The notes under the pieces are model-generated. The model was not told where the DNA came from and did no database searches. It saw only the letters and a program-made list of their open reading frames with translations. The position numbers and the translations under genes are program-made. A stretch of DNA of 64,000 nucleotides, from positions 90,938,065-91,002,064 of the forward strand of contig NC_090385.1 in NCBI RefSeq assembly GCF_036365525.1, read 5' to 3'. Shown piece by piece: positions 51,016-63,562 of the stretch. Position 1 is the stretch's first letter. Every line of letters starts with the position of its first letter. This DNA comes from Heterodontus francisci. Its lineage: Eukaryota.

Positions 51016-54000
51016 GTTTGGAGATCAATCAATAGTGGATAATTACGGGAGCGGAGCGGAGAGCAGTCCAGGCGCGCTGGAGTTTGAAAACAAAGTGAGC
51101 AGTGACGTTACAGGAAAGATGCAAGGTGATTGGTTGGGGAGTAACTGTTGTTAGGGAATAATTCTAAATAGCTGAGTAAGTAACAAAAAGTAAAGGGAAA
51201 AGTCTACAGTTTTTTTTAATATCATAGGTAGTTTTTTTTTAGGGAATCAAGGTCCCTCATGTAAATCACCTAATTTTGGGGTAATTTTAGGGGATAATTT
51301 AAGGGTAAGTCATGATAGGGCAGCTCGGCAACGTGGAGTGCTCCTCCTGTGCAATGTGGGGGGTCAGGGACACTTCCAGTGTCCAGGGCGAACACGTGTG
51401 CAGGAGGTATCTCCAGCTGCAGCTACTCGAAATCCAGATTTCGGATCTGGAGTGGTGGCTGGAGACACTGTGGCGCATCTGTGAGGCTGAGATCATCGTG
51501 GATAGCAGGTACAGGGACGTGGTCACACCGCAGGTAAAGACTGCTCAGGCAGAAAGGGAGTGGGTGACCGCAAGGCAGAGTAAAAGAACCAGGCAGGTAG
51601 TGCAGGAGTCCTCTGGGTCCATCTCCTTATCTAACAGATTTTCCACTTTGGATACTGTTGGGGGAGATAGCTTCTCAGGGGAATGCAGCAAGAACCAAGT
51701 CTGTGGCACCACCGGTGGCTCAGCTGCACAGGAGGGGATGAAAAAGAGTGGAAGAGCTATAGTGATAGGGGATTCTATCGTAGAGGATACAGATAGGTGT
51801 TTCTGTGGCCGTAAACGTGACTCCAGGATGGTATGGTGCCTCCCTGGTGCTCGGGTCAAGGATGTCACAGAGTGGCTGCAGGACATTCTGAAGGGGGATG
51901 ATGAACAGTCAGAGGTCATGGTACACATTGGTACCAACGACATAGGTAGAAAGAGGGATGAGGTCTTGGAACAAGAATACAGAGAGCTAGGTAGCAGATT
52001 AAAAAGCAGGAACTCACAGGTTGTAATCTCTGGATTACTCCCAGTGCCACGTGCTAGTGAGTATAGGAATAGGTGGATAGAGCAGATAAATGCGTGGCTG
52101 AGGAGATGGTGCAGGAGGGAGGACTTTAGTTTCCTGGATCACTGGGTCTGTTTCTAGCAAAGGTGGGACCTGCACAAGTTGGACGGGTTGCACCTGAACC
52201 GGAACGGGACGAACATCCTTGCTGGGAGGTTTGCTAGTGCTGTTGGGGGTATTTAAACTAATTTGGCAGGGGGACGGGATACAGAATAGAGGTACAGTAG
52301 CAGTTGATGCACGGTCAAATATAAAAGAGAAACTGAGTCAGTCTGGAAGGTAGAGCAAGTCTAGACCGATTAAGGCACAAGAGAAAAATGCAAGGTTGGA
52401 TTACATCTATTTTAATGCAAGGAGTCTTACTAATAAGACAGATGAATTGTGGGTGATGATTAGCACATGGGATTATGATATTATTTCTATCACAGAGACA
52501 TGATTGAGGGAGGGGCAGGACTAGCAGCTCAATAATCCAGGGTATAGAATCTTTAGGCGAGACAGGGGAGGGGGTAAAAGAGGAGGTGGTATTGCACTGT
52601 TGATCAAGGAGTCAATTACTGCAGCAAGGAGGGATGATATCTTAGAAGATTCCTCAAATGAGGCCATATGGGTAGAACTTAAAAACAAAAAGGGGGCAAT
52701 CACTTGGCTGGGAGTGTACCACAGGCCTCCAAACAGTCAGGGAGAGATAGAGGAGTAGCTATGTAGGCAAATCTCAGAGAGGTATAAAAATAATTGGATA
52801 ATAATAGTAGGGGATTTCAACTTCCCCAATATCAACTGGGATAGTCTTACTGCAACAGGCTTAAAGGGGACGGAATTCTTACAACGCATACAGGAGAGCT
52901 TTTTGAGCCAGTACGTAGAAAGTCTGACAAGAGAAGGGGCAGTACTGGACCTAATTCTAGGGAATGAAGCTGGACAAATGGTAGAAGTTTCAGTGGGGGA
53001 ACATTTTGGGGATAGTGACCATTAATCTGTAAGATTTAAGGGAGTTATGGAAAAGGACAAAGATGGGCCGGAAATAAAGGTGCTGAATTGGGGTAAGGCC
53101 GATTTCAATCTGATAAAACAGGATCTGGCCAAAGTGGACTGGGAGCAGCTACTTGTAGGAAAATCTACATCAGACTAGCAGGAGTCATTCAAAGAGGAAA
53201 CAGTGAGAGTTCAGAGCCAACATGTACCCCTTAAAGTGAAGGGAAGGACAAACAAGTCCAGGGAACCCTGAATGTCAAGGGATATAGAGGATTGGATCAG
53301 GAAAAAAAAAGAGGCTTATGGCAGATTCAGAGTGCTGAAAAAGCGGATGCACGAGAGGAGTATCGAAAGTGTTTGTGGGAGGGGGTGGTTACTTAAAAAA
53401 GTAATTAGGAGAGCAAAGATAGGACATGAAAAAGCACTGGCGGGCAAGATAAAGGAAATACTCAGGTATTTTATAAGTATATTAAGGGCAAGAGGATAAC
53501 CAGGGAAAGAGTAGGGCCCATTTGGGACCAAAGTGGCAATCTGTGTGTGGAGCCGGAGAACATAGGTGAGATTTTAAATGTTTATTTTTCATCTGTGTTC
53601 ACGATGGAGAAGGACAATGTAGGTGCAGAGATCAGGGAGGGGGATTGTGATATACTTGAACATATTAGCATTGAAAGGGAGGAAGTATTAGCTGTTTTAG
53701 CAGGCTTAAAAGTGGATAAATCTCCAGGCCCAGATGAGATGTATTCCAGACTGTTATGTGAGGCAAGGGAGGAGGTAACAGGGGCTCTGACAGAAATTTT
53801 CAAATCCTCTCTGGCCACAGGAGAGATATCAGAGGATTGGAGGACAGCGAATGTGGTACCTTTATTCAAGAAAGGTAGTCGGGATAAACCAGGTAATTAC
53901 AGGCCGGTGAGTCTAACATCAGTGGTAGGGAAACTACTGGAAAAAGTACTGAGGGACAGGATTAATCTCCATTTGGAGAGGCAGGGATTAATCAGGGATA

Positions 54001-55258
54001 GTCAGCATGGATTTGTCAGGGGGAGATCGTGTCTACCTAACTTGATTGAATTTTTCGAGGAGGTGACTAGATGTGTAGATGAGGGTAAAGCAGTTGACTT
54101 TTGATAATGTCCCACATGGGAGATTGGTTAAGAAGGTAAGAACCCATGGTATCCAGGGCAATTTTGCAAATTAGATCCAAAATTAGCTTAGTGGCAGAAG
54201 GCAGAGGGTGATGGTCGAGGATTGTTTTTGCGAGTGGAAGCCTGTGACCATTGGTGTACCACAGAGATCAATGCTGGGACCCTTGCTGTTTGCATTGTAC
54301 ATTAAAGATTTAGACGTGAATATAGGAGGTATGATCAGTAAGTTAGCAGATGACACGAAAATTGGTGGTGTTGTAAATAGTGAGGACGAAAGCCTTAGAT
54401 TACAGGACAATGCAGATGGACTGGTAAGATGGGTGGAGCAGTGGCAAATGGAATTTAATCCTGAGAAGTCTGAGGTGATGCATTTTGGGAGGACTAACAA
54501 GGCAAGGGAATATACAATGGATGATAGGACCCTAGGAAATACAGAGGGTCAGAGGGACCTTGGTGTACTTGTCCATAGATCACTGAAGGCAGTAGCACCC
54601 CAGCAGATTAGGTGGTTAGGAAGGCATATGGGATACTTCATTAGCTGAGGCATGGAATATAAGAGCAGGGAGGTTATGATGGAGCTGTATAAAATGCTAG
54701 TTTAGACACAGCTGGACTATTGTGTATAGTTCTGGGCACCACACTATAGGAAGGATGTGATTACACTGGAGAGGGTGCAGAGGAGATTCACCAGGATGTT
54801 GCCTGGGCTGGAGCATTTCAATTATGAAGAGAGATTGAAAAGGCTAGGGTTGTTTTCTGAGCAGTGAAGGCCGAGGGGGGACATGATTGAGGTATACAAA
54901 ATTATGAGGGGAATTGATAGCTTTGATAGCAAGAAACTTTTTCCTTTAGCAGAAGGGTCAAAACCAGGGGGCATAGATTTAAGGTAAGGGGCAGGAGGTT
55001 TAGAGGGGATTTGAGGGAAAAAAAATTTCACTCAGAGGGTGGTTGGAATCTGGAACACTCTGCCTGAATAGATGGTAGAGGCTGGAACCCTCACAACATT
55101 TAAGAAGTATTTAAATGAGCACTTGAAACGCCATAACATACAAGGCTACGGGCCAAGTGCTGGAAAATGGGATTAGAATAGTAAGGTCCTTGATGGCCAG
55201 CACAGACACAATGGGCCAAATGGCCTGTTTCTGTGCTGTATAACTCTATGACTCTCTG
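51016..55258 (+). mobile_element. Near full-length CR1 LINE (5'UTR, ORF1, ORF2, 3' tail), inactivated
   Basis: ORF1 51312..; ORF2 from about 52390 with APE and RT motifs broken by stops and frameshifts; tail ctctatgactct. Confidence 0.95.
51312..52260 (+). pseudogene. CR1 ORF1 (Zn finger/leucine zipper + SGNH/GDSL esterase)
   Basis: CSSCAMW..HVC; VIGDSIV, CLPGARV, VHIGTND; premature TAG at 52157; DGLHL-like block downstream. Confidence 0.9.
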
Positions 55259-57159
55259 AGTTACAATAGTACGACAGAATATTTATTTACAGTACAACCA
55301 AATATTTATTTACAGTATAATTGAATATTTATATATTTACAATACATTAATTTACAAATATAACGAATTAGGTTAACTTCTCTACCACTACCTGAGCAAT
55401 AATTGTCCTCAAGGGAATGGTCTCTGGGAATCGAGTAACCATATCCATAATAGTGAGTATATATTGGTGTTCCGCTTTTGTTTTTGGTAAGGGTCCTAAC
55501 GCAGTCTACCAACACCCGACTAATTGGTTCCCCAATAACTAGTATGGGAATTAGAGGTGTTGGTTTTATGGCAGATTACGGTTTTCCCACAATCTGGCAC
55601 ATATGTCATGTTTTACAAAACTGCACCACTTCCTTGCCAGTAATAACGTTGGCTTATCTGTGATTTGGTCTTTTGGATCCCCATATGTCCTGCTATAGGA
55701 ATTTCATACACTAACCTTAATAATTCCTGGCAATACTTAGGTGGTACCATAATCTGTCACACAACCATTCACTCTTCATCCGCAGGTCTGTGAGGAGGTC
55801 TTCACTTCCTCATCAGAATCCCATCTTTTACATCACAGCCTTCTGGAACTCCTTTTGCCTCAGCTTCTGTTAGATCTGATTGTGGCACTTTACTTCATTC
55901 TGGATCAGCTTGCTGAGCTGTGAACAGAGAAGATTTATTAAACATTTGGATTATCTAAATTGCCAAAGTAAGTTTCAGATATTCGGCTATCTGTCTGTTG
56001 TGTCAATTGTATCTCCAACAATGGAACTTGTTTCGCCATTGCTCGGGTTACTACACACAAAAGAAAATTCCTGGAACTTTTTCCTGTAACTGTTCTGTCT
56101 CTTTAACTTCACTTGGTTTCTCAGTGACTGAAGGAAAAGCTAATACTTTTGCTCCAGCCAAAACATTCTCTAGGAGTAGGTCAATTGCATCTACTGGCAA
56201 ACTATAGACAACTCCTACAGTTACTATCCCAGACATTAGGTCACACTCTGGGTGCACCCAATACAAAGGTAGAGGTATATACTCCACACCAATACCATTC
56301 ACTAAAATTTTAACATTCAGTGTGCTCTCTGTTGGAAATGTTCTACCTTTCCCCAGCAAAAGAGTTTGGTTACTCCTGTATCCCGAAGGTTTGAGGGATA
56401 GGGAGTTACTTTTCCTTTCAGCAAGAATTCCCTATAACTTTCAGGTATCTTATTCTCAGCACCTACATGCACATTGGTTTTGGTATTTGGCTTTACAGCT
56501 GCAGTTCGAGCTACGGTCTGGTCTGCTGTACTCTCAGTCAGAGCCCCCTTCTTTGCATTAACTTTGTGTCCCCCAACAATCCCATGGGTTTACCTCGAAA
56601 CTTCCAGCATTCTGAACAAAGATGTCCCACCTTGTGACAATGATAACACTTAGGTTTGCAGACCTCACTTCCACCCTCAGCATTTTCTTTTCTGGCCTGT
56701 GGGAGGGATCGTGGGGCATTCCCAGCTATCCGTTCTTGTCCCCGGCTCCTTGCCTTCCTTTCACTCTCCCACCTTCTATACATCTCGGGTTTGTGGGGTT
56801 GAGGGACTAAGTGCTTGGGCTTATACACAAGATCAAAATCATCAGCCTGTCTGGCTCTTGAAACCTTCTGGTTTTCTACATGAGTTCTCACTACTGGAGG
56901 GAGTGAACTTTTAAATTCTTCCAAGAGAATCAGTTCTCTACGGTTCTCATACATGGCTTCCATCTTTAGTGCTGGTATCCAACAATCAAAGTTAATTTGC
57001 TTGACCCTCTCATATTCTACATAAGTCTGCCCAGACAATCTCCGGAGCTTCCAAAATTTCTGTCGGTAAGCTTCAGGGACTAACTCATATGCAACTAGAA
57101 TAGCCTTTTTTGCCATTTCATAAACTGCAGAAGCCTCCTCAGAAAGCATGGCATAAAAT

Positions 57160-57468
57160 GTGGCACAGTGGCTAGCACCTCAGCCTCACAGCTCCAGGGA
57201 CCTGGGTTCAATTCTGGGTACTGCCTGTGCGGAGTTTGCAAGTTCTCCCTGTGAGCGTGTGGGTTTTCGCCAGGTGCTCCAGTTTCCTCCCACAGCCAAA
57301 GACTTGCAGGTGATAGGTAAATTGGCCATTGTAAATTGCCCCTAGTGTAGGTAGGTGGTAGGGAATATGGGATTACTGTAGGGTTAGTATAAATGGGTGG
57401 TTGTTGGTCGGCACAGACTCGGTGGGCTGAAGGGCCTGTTTCAGTGCTGTATCTCTAAATAAAAAAAA
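57160..57468 (+). mobile_element. HE1-like V-SINE in Gmr1 gag
   Basis: Same family as 2810-3148. Confidence 0.9.
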
Positions 57469-57794
57469 TTTCATGAGCTCTGCCCATCAACCTGCTTTCC
57501 TTTGGCCATTTCATTTGTAATGACTATCTTTTCAAAAGAAATTAAAAATGCCTCTGCGTCCCTTTCCTCAAACTTAGGGAGCGCTTGTACAAATGTGAAC
57601 AGCTTTTCGCTGGGTACTCAGCTGCAGTCAGATTCTTCCTCACCAGAATCTTCACTGGAGTCAGGACCACCCTGTTGTTTTAGTTCCAGCTTTCTAGCTT
57701 CAAGATCCCTTCCTTCTTTTTCTTTTTCTCTCTGAAATGCTCTTTCTTTCTCCTTTCCAATTTTTCAAATTCAAGTTTTTTCATTGTCAATTCT

Positions 57795-58196
57795 TTTTTT
57801 TTTAATTCATTCATGGGATGTGGGCATCACAGGCCAGGCCAGCATTTATTGCCCATCCCTAATTGCCCTTGAACTGAGTGGCTTGCTAGGCCATTTCAAG
57901 GGCATGTAAGAGTCAACCACATTGCTGTGGGTCTGGAGTCACATGTAGGTCAGACCAGGTAAGGACAGCAGATTTCCTTCCCTAAAGGACATTCGTGAAC
58001 CAAATGGGTTTTTACAACAATCAACAATGGTTTCATGGCCATCATTAGACTAGCTTTAAATTCCAGGTTTTTAAAAATTAATTGAATTCAAATTCCACCT
58101 TCTGCTGTCGTGGGATTTGAACCCATGTCCCCAGAGCAATACCTGGGTCTCTGGGTTACTAGTCCAGTGACAATGCCAGTACGCCACCGCCTCCCC
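57795..58196 (-). mobile_element. tRNA-derived SINE with L2-like tail
   Basis: Minus strand A box ggtggcgtactgg, B box gggttcaaatccc; 3' end aataaatgctggcc..cacatcccatgaatgaat shared with the LINE at 9796-11235. Confidence 0.85.
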
Positions 58197-59157
58197 GCAA
58201 ATGTTCAAATTTTCTTATTGTTATTTCTTTTTCTGTTTCCTGTTGAAGCTAAAGTTTTTTCCGATTCCTGTTCCTGCTCAAGTTTTTTTCATTTGTAACT
58301 GAATCTTAACTAATTCACTTACACTACCCTCTAAATTGCTGCCTTCTTCTTCCAATTTCAAATGTTGGGCTCTTACTTGAATTATCTCTGCTTTTTTAGC
58401 ATCTGATTTCAATTCTACCCCCAATTGTTCTGCCAATGCCATTAGTTTAACCTTGGTTAAGCTTCTCCAGTCACTGAGGGATATATCCTCCTTCCCCAGG
58501 AAGGTTTCAGCAACTGTTAAAGACATTCCAGTGGTGTAAACTTTCCCCTATTATACAAGAAAACTGGTTCTTTTATTTTCCTTTCTCAATTACTATTACT
58601 CCACTTACAATTGAAATTTTTATCAGCGTTGGGTTTAATCATGGACGAACCCCCAATTAATATGTTCTGACCGAGGCAGGAGGAGTATATTGTTAATTCA
58701 GTCCCACTTCTCCAAAGGTCACAACATATCAATTAATTTTCCCACTTACTGAAACAGGCAATTAGATACTCTATTTGTCCCCAGAATAAAGCACACCAAC
58801 CAGGTTTCTTTAATAAATAATAACATCATCTGTTTATTATAAACCAAGTTTTAAATCATAGAATTATACAGTGGAGAAGGAGGCCATTCAGCCCATCATG
58901 CTTTTGCTGGCTATTTGAATGAGCGATCCAATTAGTCCCACTCCCCCACGCTTTCTTCATTACCCTGCACATTTGTCTTGTACTGTGGATAAAGCAAGCT
59001 CTAAATTTTGGATCCACTGTAAGAGACAAGCAACAGTCAAAACAGAAAAATTGCTAATTTTTTGTAGTTTACAAATACCTAATTGTTATCTTATTCAGAT
59101 CAATTTGGATCAATTTGACGTACTCTTCCCAATTAAGCTTCCGTGCTGGGACACAAT

Positions 59158-59837
59158 GGGCTGGATTTTACCAGCCCCGCGATGTCAGGGGTTATGGCGA
59201 GGGGGCCCCAGAAAATGCCTCTGGGAATTCCCGCCACGAGTCTCGATGCCGGGAAGGCTCCGCCCCATAATACCGGCAGCAGTGAGGCCTTGTGGCGGCC
59301 ACCACACAACTCGGACAGAATCAGGATTGAAATATGTTAATTTGTGAATTAATTACCTACCTGCTCCCGTCGGCCGTCCCGCTACCATATTCCAGCCGGT
59401 ACTCCCATGCCTTTGGATCTAAGACAGGAGATCCGAGGCGGGACACTTGTGGGGAGGGGGGAGCAGGTAAGTTTTCAGGGTGGGGTTGGGGGAGGGCAAG
59501 TAATAATCTGTTTTGTCAGTGGGGGTGGGTAGGAGAGGGTATCACAACTCTTATTAAGTTTTTAAATTTTAATTCACACTCCCTATTATTTTAAAAATGT
59601 TAATGAATTGCAAGGACTTGAAGCTCTTTAAAAATGGCGCCTGTGCCTGCGCCGGAAGCTATTGCTGGGGATGGAGCACTTGCCCTCTCGCATGTCATCG
59701 GGGCAGGGGGAGGGCGGTCTGCCCCAGCCATGTAAATGAGTGCCGCGCTAAACATCGCAGTGACTCCATGGAGTAAATCACGTGTGTGCGCTCCACCGTT
59801 TTTGAAGCTGGCCACCGATCTCGGAAAAATTCAGTCC
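59158..59837. mobile_element. Harbinger-type MITE
   Basis: TIRs gggctggatttt / aaaattcagtcc with perfect AAT TSD. Confidence 0.85.
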
Positions 59838-59927
59838 AATGTCTCTCCGTGTATGTGTCACCCATTATATGATCGACAACATTATAGCAAGAGGTATTAA
59901 TGGTGGCTGGAGTATCAACATTGATGT

Positions 59928-60320
59928 GACAGCTTTGGCTCAGTTAGTAGTCCTCCTGCCTATAAAGCAGCATGTTTAAGCTCCACTCCAGGATTGGAGC
60001 ACATTGCAGTGGCTGATGTTTCAGCATAGTATGACAAGGTGTGCTGTATTGTTAGAGGAGCTGTTGTGGATGAGACTTAAAATTAAGGCCCCATTTACCT
60101 ATTCAGGCGGGTGTAAAATATGCACAGTGATTTTCAAGAAGAACAATGGAATTACCCTGGGCAAAACTGTATCCCTCAACCAAGACTATCAAAACAGATT
60201 AACCATTCATTTATCACATTTTCTGTTTGTGGTCCCTTGCATGTGTGAAAATTGTGTAACAAGTGACTGTACTTCAAGTTAACTCATTGACAAGGATGTG
60301 AAAGGAGCTGTATAAATGAT
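59928..60320 (+). mobile_element. Old DeuSINE (SacSINE1-like)
   Basis: tRNA-like head tggctcagttagtag, Deu-like core ggatgagacttaaa..aggcccc..ttcaggcgggtgtaaaa..gaagaa..tatccctcaacca. Confidence 0.7.
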
Positions 60321-60639
60321 TTTGTTACTGCATCTAGCTGTCTAATGCTGGTATCAGGCTGGAGTGTCAAACTGATGTTCATGTACGGTCATTTGTTGGA
60401 AAGTAAGGACTTACATCCAATTTCTTTTGGAGTACTGTCCTCCCTAACAGTTTGTTGAGACGTCTATTCATGGTTGGTGGCCTTGACTTCAGTTTCACTT
60501 CATGAAGCTTTATGGGATTTAAAGCAATGGGATTTTAAATTCTGAATTGGAATATTATTGTGACTTTGTGCCAGTATTGTTGGGTGGTCAGAAATCATTA
60601 TTTACCCCGGGCTGCCCATCAGCTGGTATGCACAGTCAA

Positions 60640-60910
60640 TTCAACATCAGCTTGCATTTCTATAGCATCTTAAACGTAGTAAACCATCTTAAAATACTTC
60701 ACAGCAGCATAATCAGACAACTGTTGACAGTGAGCAACATAGAACAGGTGACCAAAAGCTTAGTCCAAGAGGTAGCTTTTAAGATGGGACTCAAAAGGAG
60801 GAGATGAAGATGGAGAGATTTAGGGAGGGAATTCCAGAGCTTTGGGGCTGGATGGCTGATGGCAAGGCCAGCAATGGTGGAGTAAAGGGTCTGGGGAATG
60901 AACAAGAGCG
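60640..60910 (-). mobile_element. L2 LINE 3' end
   Basis: APKLWNSLP..LK...L on the minus strand, tail ctatagaaatgcaag. Confidence 0.75.
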
Positions 60911-62014
60911 AATATAGTTAACTGAAAAATGTGGGCAATTTGGGTTCGAATCTCATGCCCACATCTGATTATCATACATACCACACTCTCCTCTATCTAC
61001 ACCATTTGTGATTGAAACTACTTCCTGCCTGACTGTTAAGGCCCGCTAAAAAACACTGATTGTTTTTCTGACATTTACATGCATGATCTGCAGTAAATTG
61101 CCCCCCTGAGAAGATGTAATAATGGAGGTCTTGCAACTTGATGTCTGTGCAGTGTTGAATGTGCTGCACCCTGTCCCATACCTAATTATTGCTTCTTTCT
61201 TCAGTCACAATATCGTGGCTTTCTTGTGAACATTACAATTTTGCTGATATAAACTGCTGGCTCATTTACTGTGAGTTTCAATTAAGTGATTAACAAAACT
61301 GTTTTCTCCATCTTGCTTTCAAATGTGCAGTTTCATGTAAATGGAATTTAATCGAGTAAACTTTTTTTGTACTAGATCTGCATGTATCATTTTTTTACAC
61401 ACGTCACCACAATATTGTAACATCACTAATTGTATTGGAATTAGTGATGAATCAACTTAAGGGAAAAAAAAGGCAATGGCAGAAAATACTAACCTTTGAC
61501 TAGTAACTGATTATGTTGACAATTCTGTAAAGCTGGTAGCGAGTAATAAATAACTTTTAAGATAATTGGTGAAAGCAATATTTCAGAGAATAAAGAAAAT
61601 GATTGTCACCGGAGCTTTCTATTTTGCACACTTTTCTGCTGTGACAAAACAATCTTCATGTAAAACAAATGATATCCATTTTAGCAGAAGGATAAAAAGT
61701 GCTTTAACTCCCTGTCGCCATTAACATAGAGAAATTAATACTACATTTGTCTGCTGAGGGGCATAATATGTTGACTGTGGAATATTGACCACATATCACG
61801 CAGAGAGTTAGAGCAACTTTTTTTGTATTGTCATAGTGAAAAGTTTTGCGAGTTGATGAGTGTCAAGAGGTCAGTGCAAACCTTCCTAATGCAGCTTTGT
61901 TTGATGAGATGACAGAACCAGCTGTTCGGAATAATTGCTGCCAGATAGGTTTTTGCACATGTTTTGAAAGCATTTCTCTCAATGCTGGGCTTTATACACA
62001 ACACACAATCAAAT

Positions 62015-62175
62015 GCAAACACAGAAAGTGCTGGAAATACTCAGCAAGTCTGGCAGTATCTGTGGAGAGAGACTCTGCTTCTCTCCCCACAGATGCTGCC
62101 AGATCTGCTGAGTATTGCCAGCAATTAGTGTTTTTATTTCAGATTTCCAGCATCTGCAGTATTTTGCTTTTATTT
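62015..62175. repeat. Palindromic Penelope-derived repeat
   Basis: gctggaaatactcagcaagtctggcagtatctgtggagagag / ctctccccacagatgctgccagatctgctgagtattgccagc. Confidence 0.75.
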
Positions 62176-62298
62176 ATTTATTACACGATCAAATGTGTTT
62201 TTCACTGTATTGTATTGCTTAAGTTTTTGGATCAGACTAAAGATTTCTAAATAGCAAAGGAAAAGGATAATGCGTTACTTGCTTAGCCAAAAAATTGT

Positions 62299-62715
62299 GG
62301 GCTGAACATCCACACAAAATGTGCAAATAAAACACACAGGCTACAAAATACAATTGTGTACCACCCATATTTTCAGCATTATGGGTGCTGTTTCAGTAAT
62401 AAAATGGCGTTCATCCTGGGTGCAAACACACTTCTGGTGTGGACTGTGCTGGGCAATATTTTGGGTCGGTCATTACACCAGTGCTGGAAGAATGCAGCGG
62501 AACGATGCAGAATAGGCTGATCGTGACGTCAGTCAGTGTAATACTGGTTTGACACCAGCGCTGCCATTTTCAACCTGAATGCTCCAGCTAACAGTGTCTT
62601 TTAAACATGCACAGCTGAATATGCATTCAGCAGCAGGAAGGACACCCCCACTATTTAAAAGTGTCACGAACCACAGCTGAGTTACTGATTGATTTACTGA
62701 CTACTGCTGAGTTAG
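62299..62715. mobile_element. Probable Harbinger terminal fragment truncated by CR1
   Basis: Starts gggctgaa; resembles the Harbinger 2 subterminal region (16175-16520). Confidence 0.4.
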
Positions 62716-62721
62716 CAGAAG

Positions 62722-63562
62722 TGTGACGAGTGTTCCGCAGAGATCAGTGCTGGGACCTTTGCTGTTTGTAGTATATATAAATGATTTGGAGGAAAATGTA
62801 GCTGGTCTGATTAGTAAGTTTGCGGATGACACAAAGGTTTGTGGAGTTGCGGATTGTGATGAGGATTGTCAGAGGATACAGCAGGATATAGATTGGTTGG
62901 AGACTTGGGCCGAGAAATGGCAGATGGAGTTTAATCCGGACAAATGTGAGGTAACGCATTTTGGAAGGTCTAATGCAGGTGGGAAGTATACAGTAAATGG
63001 CAGAACCCTTAGAAGTATTGACAGGCAGAGAGATCTGGGCGTACAGGTCCACAGGTCACTGAAAGTGGCAACGTAGGTGGATAAGGTAGTCATGAAGGCA
63101 TACGGCATGCTTGCCTTCATCGGTCGGGGCATAGAGTAAAAATTGGCAAGTCATGCTGCAGCTGTACAGAACTTTAGTTAGGCCACACCTGGAATATTGC
63201 ATGCAATTCTGGTCGCTACACTACCAGAAGGACATGGACACTTTGGAGAGGGTACAGAAGAGGTTTACCAGGATGTTGCCTGGTCTGCAGGTCATTAGCT
63301 ATGAGGAGACGGAGGTGGAGGGACGACATGATAGAGGTTTACAAAGTTATGAGTGGCATGGACAGAGTGGATAGTCAGAAGCTTTTTCCAAGGGTGGAAG
63401 AGTCAGTTACTGGGGACATAGGTTTAAGGTGCGAGGGGCAAAGTTTAGAGGAAATGTGCGTGGCAAGTTCTTTACACAGAGGGTGGTGAGTGCCTGGAAC
63501 TTGCTGCTGGGGGAGGTGATGGAAGCAGGTTTGATCGGGACGTTTAAGAGGCATCTTGACAA
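62722..63562 (+). mobile_element. CR1 LINE 3' fragment
   Basis: [38 protein letters not shown]. Confidence 0.92.

Larger units (their letters stand above)
55265..58855 (-). mobile_element. Gmr1-like LTR retroelement C (5' part), truncated in the integrase core by CR1
   Basis: LTR remnant from 58663, Pro PBS (tgggggttcgtcc), SCAN-like gag YELVPEAYRQKF..ELILLEEFK, CYHCHKVGHLCSEC, protease, IN Zn finger and LVDCV..KSG start of IN core. Confidence 0.85.

Noticed and set aside
50702-51154. ORFs containing X runs
   Set aside because: Artefacts of the N gap.
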